From assembly GCA_963796285.1 (NCBI GenBank), contig CAWCKW010000012.1, positions 864,001 through 928,000 on the forward strand: a stretch of 64,000 nucleotides of DNA, read 5' to 3'. This document shows positions 53,736 to 61,532 of the stretch, piece by piece (positions within the stretch are counted from its first letter, which is position 1; the number at the start of each line of letters is the position of its first letter). The DNA is from Nitrospirota bacterium (GTDB lineage Bacteria > Nitrospirota > UBA9217). A program made the translations under genes and the position numbers. The notes under the pieces are model-generated. The model was given only the letters and a program-made list of their open reading frames with translations. It was not told the DNA's origin and made no database searches.

Positions 53736-54275
53736 CTACATTCCCTCCCTGAGCACCCATTGGTTCGTTCGCGGCCGCACCCAATAAGCGCTCTCCCCTG
53801 CATCTTTACCGTCTCCGGGAGAAAAGGCACCGGTGAATGTGAGCTTATACCTGAACCGCACATTCACGTCACCCTCATGGTTTCTGTACAGGTGATGAGC
53901 CGCGGGCGATAGGGTGATGATCTCCTTTGCCTTCCATTTCCCTGCGCCGACCATGGCGAGCCCGCCGCTGTGCGCCGGTCCGCCGGCCATGCGGCGATCG
54001 AGTTCAATCCATTGACCGAGTATCTCGCTCTGCGCGGAAAAACTCGCCTCATATCCTTCCAATTCCAAGGCCCCGCCGGACCTGTTTCCTATGGCAGTTT
54101 CTACAAGATACTCGTCGTTGTTCAGATAAGTGATGTTCACAACTTCTACGGTGAGGTGGTCCGGTATCATATCTCCTGCAAAGCCGGCGCCGGTAAGGGA
54201 ACACAGAGCAACGAAGATACAGATATGGGCTGTTTTTTTTATGCCGGCGTTTAACATGCCTTGAGCAACGATCAA
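53736..54275 (-). CDS. Exported hypothetical protein (distant paralogue of the 54704 and 55384 proteins)
   Basis: Signal-like N-terminus; shares Y....I.N, Q...W.E, (E/K)IIT, (N/H)VRF and Y..(R/K)P pattern. Confidence 0.7.
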   Translation of the reverse strand: MIVAQGMLNAGIKKTAHICIFVALCSLTGAGFAGDMIPDHLTVEVVNITYLNNDEYLVETAIGNRSGGALELEGYEASFSAQSEILGQWIELDRRMAGGPAHSGGLAMVGAGKWKAKEIITLSPAAHHLYRNHEGDVNVRFRYKLTFTGAFSPGDGKDAGESAYWVRPRTNQWVLREGM

Positions 54276-54685
54276 CGGGCTACGTGAACAGTAAAAACTG
54301 CCGAATCATCTTTTTCGCCCTCACGCAACTTGAGGTACACATCCCAGTCTCCCGGCATGGTGAAGTTTATTCCTTCTACACGATACTGCCCTTTTCCGAG
54401 GTATGTTACCACCGCAATATCGCTCGAGCCGTGCTCCATGGCCGTCATCCAGGGTATCACATCCATGTCCAGCTTTCTTTCAATGGGCTTCATGGATTTT
54501 ATGTCGTTTATTTTGACGGTCATGTTGTTTTTGCCTACCGTTACCGGATTTGCGGCGCACTGCACATCGATCGAGTAGAATCCCTGTTCGCTATTGATTC
54601 CTTTCTGCTCGAAGGCCATCAGAAATAAACTCACGACCAGGATGGAGAAAAATCCTGTCCACCGGATCATCGCATCTCTACGCAT
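54272..54685 (-). CDS. YtkA/FixH-like exported protein
   Basis: PWMTAMEHGS, GQYRV..INFTMPGDW motifs. Confidence 0.8.
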   Translation of the reverse strand: MRRDAMIRWTGFFSILVVSLFLMAFEQKGINSEQGFYSIDVQCAANPVTVGKNNMTVKINDIKSMKPIERKLDMDVIPWMTAMEHGSSDIAVVTYLGKGQYRVEGINFTMPGDWDVYLKLREGEKDDSAVFTVHVAR

Positions 54686-54703
54686 TGTTTTTTCCTCCTT
54701 CGC

Positions 54704-55330
54704 CTAATGGGGCGGCATCGGTATCATAACTGGTATCTTATTATCAGGAAATTTCACCTGCCGGGCAATTTCCCGGTCAGGCATGTAATAGGGCTTCAGA
54801 TACATATAGGCATCGGAATACCGGTCAACGACCTCTTCTTCCTTGAAGGCGCTTTCCGGCAGCACGAACAGGGAAAGACGGACACGGACGTGCATGTAAC
54901 CAAACATCTGATAATAGCTGTATTTTATAGAGCGGCTGATCGTGATAATCTTCCGGTAACGATGGACTCCCGGTTCGATTCGGATGACCTGCTCCTCCGC
55001 TTTTCGTTCGCCCTCGCTTACCGGGACTTCCGTCCAGGACATACCGGTCTGAACGTACGCAACCGCTTGCGGATAGGATATATATACAGGCTCATCTGCC
55101 AGGTTTTCTATCTTGATAACAATCTCGTATTGCCCCGGCTTTCCCTTGATGATCCGTGCGTCCTCGACGTCGGGCATGATCTGATAGAAGGCCCGTTTTT
55201 GCAGCCGCTCCTTTTTTGCCTCCTTTTCCCTGATGATGGCGGTCTCTTTCAGCCCGACCAGGTAATCAGCGGCAACGAAGAGGAGGACAACCCCGATAAG
55301 AGAGGCGACCAGTTTTCTTTTCCTGAGCAT
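54704..55330 (-). CDS. Membrane-anchored hypothetical protein (paralogue pair)
   Basis: N-terminal TM; AYVQTGMSWTEVPV, YMHVR, YLKPY shared with the next gene. Confidence 0.8.
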   Translation of the reverse strand: MLRKRKLVASLIGVVLLFVAADYLVGLKETAIIREKEAKKERLQKRAFYQIMPDVEDARIIKGKPGQYEIVIKIENLADEPVYISYPQAVAYVQTGMSWTEVPVSEGERKAEEQVIRIEPGVHRYRKIITISRSIKYSYYQMFGYMHVRVRLSLFVLPESAFKEEEVVDRYSDAYMYLKPYYMPDREIARQVKFPDNKIPVMIPMPPH

Positions 55331-55383
55331 TTCTGTAATCTCCCCCGTCTCAATCTCCAGAACGAGCGCAGCCCGGACGTCAA

Positions 55384-56058
55384 CTAGTTCCAGTTCCTGA
55401 ACGACGATATGGGCATATAAACCGGGATCTTCGTGTCACCGAAATCTATCGCCTTAGCGATTTCCCTTTGGCTGATCCAGTAGGGTTTAAGGTAAATGTA
55501 GATATCGCTCTTCCTTTCCACGACTTCTCCCTCCTTAAAACCGCTTTCCGGAAGGACATCCATGGTTATATAGAACCGCACATGCATGTACTTCGGGATC
55601 AGGTATTTGTTGTAGGGTAAACGCTGGGAGACCGTAAGTATTTTTCTGAAAAGCAGGTGGCCTTCTGCGATCTTGTATACCTGTTCCTGTTTCTCACCGG
55701 TCTTTTCCGCCACGGGCACTTCTGTCCACGAGATGGTTCCGGTCTGAATGTAGGCCTTCACTGATGGGTGCGTCAAGTAGGCCGGCTCTTCACCGACGTT
55801 GTCTATCCGTACGAGCAGCTCATAACGTCCCGTGCGGGTGATGCCGGCCGTTTCGGTGATATCACGAACATCGACGGAAAGCATGCGAAACGCCTGCACC
55901 TCGAGGCGTTTAATCGCTGCTTCTTTCTCCCTGATAATACTTTCCTGCCAGCGCCCGACAACCATGTCAGCAAGCAGAAGGACGACAATTATTGCCGCGA
56001 CCGAAACGGCTATTTTCCTGCTTTTCAGTGCGGCGAGTATCGCAGTTCTGTTTTTCAT
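55384..56058 (-). CDS. Membrane-anchored hypothetical protein (paralogue pair)
   Basis: N-terminal TM; AYIQTGTISWTEVPV, YMHVRF, YLKPY. Confidence 0.8.
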   Translation of the reverse strand: MKNRTAILAALKSRKIAVSVAAIIVVLLLADMVVGRWQESIIREKEAAIKRLEVQAFRMLSVDVRDITETAGITRTGRYELLVRIDNVGEEPAYLTHPSVKAYIQTGTISWTEVPVAEKTGEKQEQVYKIAEGHLLFRKILTVSQRLPYNKYLIPKYMHVRFYITMDVLPESGFKEGEVVERKSDIYIYLKPYWISQREIAKAIDFGDTKIPVYMPISSFRNWN

Positions 56059-56087
56059 GCCTGCACCCTTTCATATCGGCGCCGGCC

Positions 56088-56831
56088 TTATGTCGGACAG
56101 ACCGGGCACAAGGAGGGCTCATCCTTTAGCAGCACGCCGTCCTTCATTTGAATGATACGGTCGGAGCTATTGGCTATCTCAAGGTCATGAGTGGAAAATA
56201 CTATGGTTATCCCCCGTTCGCGGCAAAGTCGTTTAAAGGTCTCGATAACGAACAGCCGGTTATCCCGGTCGAGATTGGCGGTCGGTTCGTCGGCAAGGAT
56301 GACTGCCGGACTGGTTATCAGCGCACGGGCAATGGCCACGCGCTGGATTTCTCCGCCGCTTAGCTGGCTCGGCATATGGTAAAGCCGGTGCCCCAGCCCC
56401 AAGGATTTGATGATCTCTATTCCGGTGTCCTTTATGTTCCCGTTGCTGTGCTTCGGTTTGAAAAAGCTGAAGGGGAGCAGGGTGTTTTCGAGCACGTTCA
56501 GCATACGCAGCGGTTTTGCGTCCTGAAATATAAAGCTGAACTTCTCTCTGCGGAACTGGACCAGTTTCTCTTCCGACAAACTGTCGATCCTGACCCCCTC
56601 CAGCAGTACCTCCCCCTGGGACGGTTTATCAAGAGCACCGATGATATTGAGAAGGGTGGTCTTGCCGGACCCGCTCGGTCCCACGAGTGCGACCAGCGTG
56701 CCCCTTCCGATACTGAGAGAAATGCCGTCGAGTGCCTTTACCTCCCCCGACGCCAGTCTGAATGCCTTGCTGACATCCCGAAGTTCCAGGAATGTTTCCC
56801 CTTCGTTGTTGTCCAAAATCACACCTCCCAC
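56088..56831 (-). CDS. ABC transporter ATPase, LolD/MacB type, with C-terminal CxxC
   Basis: GPSGSGKT, LSGGEIQRVAIAR, ADEPTANLD; ends CPVCPT. Confidence 0.92.
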   Translation of the reverse strand: MGGVILDNNEGETFLELRDVSKAFRLASGEVKALDGISLSIGRGTLVALVGPSGSGKTTLLNIIGALDKPSQGEVLLEGVRIDSLSEEKLVQFRREKFSFIFQDAKPLRMLNVLENTLLPFSFFKPKHSNGNIKDTGIEIIKSLGLGHRLYHMPSQLSGGEIQRVAIARALITSPAVILADEPTANLDRDNRLFVIETFKRLCRERGITIVFSTHDLEIANSSDRIIQMKDGVLLKDEPSLCPVCPT

Positions 56832-58009
56832 TGGGATCTGAAGCTGTCGGATATTTTTATCCCCGACAGCTTGTAGGTCGGGTAAAAACCGGCCACCAAA
56901 CTGCAGAGAATACCGGAAGCGACAGCAGCAAAAAACACCGTGAGGCTAAACCGGACGCCTGCGCCAAGGTTCAGAACAAAGGAATCGAGGACGTAGGTCA
57001 TGAACATGCCGATCGGATAACCCACGATACCGGCCGCAAGGCCCATCGCGGAGTACTCGCCGAGAAGAACGAGAAGCAGCTGCGACCGCGATGCGCCCAC
57101 GGTCTTCAGCAGGCCAATCTCCCTGATGCGGGAATAGAGAACACTCGTAACGATATTGAAGATAGCGAATATGCTGATGAACACCGTTGCGGCTACGATG
57201 GAAAGAAGAAATTTGAAGGTTTTCTTGAGAAAGATATACTTCATCGTGCTGAACTGCTGGGGTACGAGGGTCTTGACATCAGGAATGGTGCTGTTCAATT
57301 CAGTGACAACATCGCGCAGGAGGTCCCGGTCCCGGTCAAGGGAAACATTCTGCACATTTACGAGCGACACGAAACCTTTTTTATCGGAAAGGGCCTGGAG
57401 AACCCTGAATGGGACAAAAACCATATAATCGTCGGAGACGTTATAATTTTCAAGGATACCCGCAACCGTAAAGGCCCTGCCGTCCACCGAGATTACCGCA
57501 TTCTCCGAGAGATTGTTCGCGCGGGCAAAAGTCCCGCCTATCACAGCCTCCCCTTCTCCCGTCGGCCATTGCCCGCTCGCCAGACTCCAGGACGGTTTGG
57601 CCGCCCGTTCGGATTGAAAATCGATACCGGCGACGACCGTACTGACGGAAGACTTCCGGATCACGGCATCCGTCCGCTGGTATATACGCGGCGCGATGAT
57701 AATCGCTTCTTGCTTGTTCCCTGTCCTTCTCCTGACAATCCCCTCAATTGACTCAATGACGGTCTCCGGCAGGAACTCATCAATCACCACACCGATCTGA
57801 TCGATCCGTTCGACCTTGATGTTCTTCGGCTGCACAGTCATGGTAAAGCCGAATTTCAAGGCGAGGGTTGCGAGGGACCTGTCCGCGTTGTCGACCGTCA
57901 GCAGGATCGTACTGAGAATAACCACAGGAATAAGCATGGCGGTCAGCAGATATACGCTTTTCCCCTTTCTCCGCGTTATGTCTTTAGTCGCGAGCGACAA
58001 TAAGTTCAC
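56819..58009 (-). CDS. ABC transporter permease, FtsX/MacB type
   Basis: TM + periplasmic domain + REIGLLKTVGA + 3 TM. Confidence 0.9.
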   Translation of the reverse strand: MNLLSLATKDITRRKGKSVYLLTAMLIPVVILSTILLTVDNADRSLATLALKFGFTMTVQPKNIKVERIDQIGVVIDEFLPETVIESIEGIVRRRTGNKQEAIIIAPRIYQRTDAVIRKSSVSTVVAGIDFQSERAAKPSWSLASGQWPTGEGEAVIGGTFARANNLSENAVISVDGRAFTVAGILENYNVSDDYMVFVPFRVLQALSDKKGFVSLVNVQNVSLDRDRDLLRDVVTELNSTIPDVKTLVPQQFSTMKYIFLKKTFKFLLSIVAATVFISIFAIFNIVTSVLYSRIREIGLLKTVGASRSQLLLVLLGEYSAMGLAAGIVGYPIGMFMTYVLDSFVLNLGAGVRFSLTVFFAAVASGILCSLVAGFYPTYKLSGIKISDSFRSQWEV

Positions 58010-59467
58010 CTAAACCTCCCACTCGGTTCGAAACGTTTCCGTGATTTTTATGCCCGACAGTTTATATGCCGGGTAATAAATGGCGAGGAGGCTGCAAATA
58101 ATGCCGAGAGTCAGTGCGTGCCATAGCACGCCAACCTCGACCCGGACGACAGCTCCAATACCGAGGAACGTATTCATGATATGCGCCATGCCGACACCCG
58201 CCGCAAATCCGCCGAGCCCCGCAATGATCCCGATTATAAGATGTTCGTACAGAAATATCCTGAGAAGCTGAAAACGCGATGCGCCGACCGCCTTGAGCAG
58301 GCCGACCTCCCGCGCCCGCGCGTACAGAGAGCCGGCGACAATGTTGAAGATCGAAAAGATACCCACAGCGATGGTGGCAACCACGACTGCCAACAGGAAG
58401 CGATACAGCATATTAAAAAAGTCGTACTGCAAGCCAGCGACGTCGAGCTGGGAGACCGCGGTAATGCCAGTGATGTTCTTGTTCAGCTCCACCATGGCGT
58501 CTCCAACGGGGCAGTTAGGGCACATGGCCCTGACGCTCAGCAGCGATATAAATCCTTCCTTGTGAAACATTTTCTGGGCCGTCAGCAACGGAATGAAGAC
58601 CATATAATCATCGGCGGAGTTCGTTTCCTCCAGGACGCCCATGACCTTGAATTGCCGCGATGCAACCGTCATGGTATCTCCGACTTTCAGTCCCCTGGCG
58701 GCAGCATACCCCCCCCCGAGATAGGCATCGTTTCTGGTCTCATCGGCAGCTCCATGCCCATAGGCAAAATGGCGCAGCTTATCGTCTGATGACCCGGCAG
58801 CGTTGCCATGTTGGCCGTCATCGTATACGGTCTTCCCCTGTTCATCAAGCCGGTATTTCGGCTTCTTCACGGTTACCTGTCCGTCGCGCCCCATGACATA
58901 CATGGCATCGATCTTCGTATCGACATTCTTAACATCCACATCTTGCGGCCACTCGCCGCTGGACAAGGTCCACCAGAAACGGACGAAATATTCCTTGCTG
59001 ATATCGATTCCCGTAACGATAGCCTCATGACCGTCCACCACCGCCTTCACGTAGAGCCGGGGCGCCCAGGTCGGCGGTTCGATGCTCGTGTCTGGGATTC
59101 CCGGGTTGCTTACCAGCCCGCCTTTCCGTTGCCATCCCTCCCTAATTGCCTTGTCATATGTCTTTGAAATCTCCTGCACCGCCGACTCGGGTATATATTT
59201 ACCGAAAACCACCTCCGAAATGGTGAGGTTCTGCAGTGCACTCTTGTCCACCTCGTCGATAGCGGCGGTTATGACGGGACGAACGGTCAGCGTATGACCT
59301 GTCTTTGTGATCACTTCCAGAATGTTTGACGTCGCCGAAGTGCTTACGATCGAAAGCGAAGACAGGAGCGCAACGGATATGACGATCGCAAAGACGATCA
59401 GCCCGCTCTTTTTCGGCCTTCGCATCAGGTCAAGTAGCGCAAATTTCAGGATGGTCATGGCTTGCAA
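58010..59467 (-). CDS. ABC transporter permease, FtsX/MacB type, with insertion and CxxC
   Basis: REVGLLKAVGA; periplasmic MCPNCP; insertion containing His residues relative to its paralogue at 56819. Confidence 0.9.
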   Translation of the reverse strand: MQAMTILKFALLDLMRRPKKSGLIVFAIVISVALLSSLSIVSTSATSNILEVITKTGHTLTVRPVITAAIDEVDKSALQNLTISEVVFGKYIPESAVQEISKTYDKAIREGWQRKGGLVSNPGIPDTSIEPPTWAPRLYVKAVVDGHEAIVTGIDISKEYFVRFWWTLSSGEWPQDVDVKNVDTKIDAMYVMGRDGQVTVKKPKYRLDEQGKTVYDDGQHGNAAGSSDDKLRHFAYGHGAADETRNDAYLGGGYAAARGLKVGDTMTVASRQFKVMGVLEETNSADDYMVFIPLLTAQKMFHKEGFISLLSVRAMCPNCPVGDAMVELNKNITGITAVSQLDVAGLQYDFFNMLYRFLLAVVVATIAVGIFSIFNIVAGSLYARAREVGLLKAVGASRFQLLRIFLYEHLIIGIIAGLGGFAAGVGMAHIMNTFLGIGAVVRVEVGVLWHALTLGIICSLLAIYYPAYKLSGIKITETFRTEWEV

Positions 59468-60186
59468 ATCTTTCCCATCAAGGCTTCAACGGGATCTGCT
59501 ACATCCCGATACAAGAACCCGTCCTTCATGACGACAACAGTCTTAGCAGATTCGAGCCAGGTGAGGCTGTGGCTCACAACGATTATGGTTTTTTTGTATT
59601 GCGTGTTGATCATCCGGAAGATGTCAATGACCTCCTGCTCCGTTCTGATATCGAGTTCGCCGGTCGGCTCGTCGGCAAGGATAATATCGGGGTCGTTTAT
59701 GAGCGCACGCGCAATGGCCACCCGCCGCTGTTCCCCCCCCGACAGTTCCGAAGGATATGACTCGATCTTTTTCTTCATGTCGAGGCCCTCGAGGATGGAT
59801 ATCGCACGATCTCGGACGACATCCGTATCGCGGTCCCCGTTCTTGTTGAATATCACAGGCATAACGACATTGTTGAGGACGTTCAGCGTCGACAGCAGGC
59901 TGAAGGACTGGAATACAAAACCGATCTTGCGGTTCCTCAGGATGGAAAGTTCCCGGTCGTTGAGTTTCCAGATGTCAACGCCATCGATTGATACGGTCCC
60001 CTCGGTTGGTTTCGTAAGCCCACCGATGGTGCTGATGAGCGTGGTCTTACCTGATCCCGAATGGCCCATAAAGACCACGAAATCAGACGAAGGAATGTCG
60101 AGATCGATGCCCTTCAGGGCCTCAACGCGCTGATCGCCCAGATTATAGATCTTCTTTAGAGCACGAGTCCGAATGAAGTCTGCCAT
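59455..60186 (-). CDS. ABC transporter ATPase, LolD/MacB type
   Basis: GHSGSGKT, IGFVFQSF, LSGGEQRRVAIAR, ADEPTGELD. Confidence 0.93.
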   Translation of the reverse strand: MADFIRTRALKKIYNLGDQRVEALKGIDLDIPSSDFVVFMGHSGSGKTTLISTIGGLTKPTEGTVSIDGVDIWKLNDRELSILRNRKIGFVFQSFSLLSTLNVLNNVVMPVIFNKNGDRDTDVVRDRAISILEGLDMKKKIESYPSELSGGEQRRVAIARALINDPDIILADEPTGELDIRTEQEVIDIFRMINTQYKKTIIVVSHSLTWLESAKTVVVMKDGFLYRDVADPVEALMGKICKP

Positions 60187-60187
60187 G

Positions 60188-61402
60188 TCATAACCCCTGC
60201 TTCATAGTTTCGTGAGGATCTATCCTCACGGCGAGGATGGCCGGATACATCGACCCGCTTACCCCCATGATAAGAGCCACCCCGATCGCTCCCACCATCA
60301 TTGATGCGATCATTTCGAAGGGCGGCAGCATAAACGGTATGTTGAGCAGGTTCAGGTAAAAGATAATCGACCGTTGGAACAGTTTCAGGAGAACTCCCCC
60401 GATGACCATGCCCATAAAGCCGCTGATGATGCTGATCAGGGTCGACTCATAAAGAATGAGCATGAATATATTGGCTTTCGTAGCCCCGATAGCCCTGATA
60501 ATGCCGATTTCTCTTTTGCGTTCATTCACAACAGCGGAGAATATGGCATTAATCATAAGGACATTGGAAAGAATGAGGACAACGATGAGCACGATGATGC
60601 CAAAAAATACGGCGACCGTCGTCTGACGAGCCGAGGTCGCGATATTTCCCGTGGTCACCACCTTCAGACTGGGATTATCCTTCAGGATCGAAAATGTGAT
60701 GAACGGGATCTTTGCCCCTACGTCGAGTTGGACCAATCCGCCGGATATCCTGTTTCTCAGCGGCGCAAGAGGCTTCACCAAGGAATCGCTCTGCGACTTC
60801 TCGGACATTTCATAGGCCCGGTCGATATTGAAAAAAACGGCGTTATCGTACAATCCGATCCCGGTCCGTTCGAGCTTGGCCCATACTTTCAAACGAACAC
60901 CGTAGAATTTAAGGCCGTCCTCCAGATTCCAGGGCGTCATTGCGCCGACAATCGCTCCATCGGGCGGGAACGGTTCCTTTGCGCTCTTGTCCACCCACGG
61001 CATCACGGTGAAATCATCTTTGGGATTGAAACCAATGAGAAATGAATTTCCCATGACGCAGCAATCTCCCGTTGCACTGGTCAGAAAAATCTGTCCCGAT
61101 ACCTTCTTAACGCCCTTCAGCACCCGTATCTTGTCGAGCACTGCGCTGTCCATATAAAAGGCGGAAGGCTCTCCCGTCAGGAGCGCCGACTTGAGATTTA
61201 CCAGGGATTCCTTGGGAATTACGAGCAGGTCAGCCCCGAGTTTCGAGAGGCCCTGGTTAAGAGTGTGGTTGATCCCCATAATCAGGATAGAACTTGCAAA
61301 GAACGCCCCGATGACAATGCTAACGCTGACCAGAATGATGTAGAAACGCAGATGTTTCACCTGTAGATTCTGATAAGCAAGTCCAAAGAGAGACCTGATC
61401 AT
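60188..61402 (-). CDS. ABC transporter permease, FtsX/MacB type, with vicinal CC
   Basis: KLGADLLVIP, GDCC, ERKREIGIIRAIGA. Confidence 0.9.
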   Translation of the reverse strand: MIRSLFGLAYQNLQVKHLRFYIILVSVSIVIGAFFASSILIMGINHTLNQGLSKLGADLLVIPKESLVNLKSALLTGEPSAFYMDSAVLDKIRVLKGVKKVSGQIFLTSATGDCCVMGNSFLIGFNPKDDFTVMPWVDKSAKEPFPPDGAIVGAMTPWNLEDGLKFYGVRLKVWAKLERTGIGLYDNAVFFNIDRAYEMSEKSQSDSLVKPLAPLRNRISGGLVQLDVGAKIPFITFSILKDNPSLKVVTTGNIATSARQTTVAVFFGIIVLIVVLILSNVLMINAIFSAVVNERKREIGIIRAIGATKANIFMLILYESTLISIISGFMGMVIGGVLLKLFQRSIIFYLNLLNIPFMLPPFEMIASMMVGAIGVALIMGVSGSMYPAILAVRIDPHETMKQGL

Positions 61403-61457
61403 GTTTAATCTCCCATGGTCGCGGGATATATGGTCGCGCCATCGTGCATCGGGCCTT

Positions 61458-61497
61458 AAACCCCTTGATGGGGAGCTAGTCTTCCATCAAGGGGTTT
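61458..61497 (-). terminator. Hairpin between the TcDH gene and the ABC genes
   Basis: AAACCCCTTGATGG-N12-CCATCAAGGGGTTT, 14-bp stem with only a short U-tract. Confidence 0.7.
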
Positions 61498-61532
61498 TCG
61501 ACATTCCGCGCGGGTCGCCCGCGAATAGTTTG

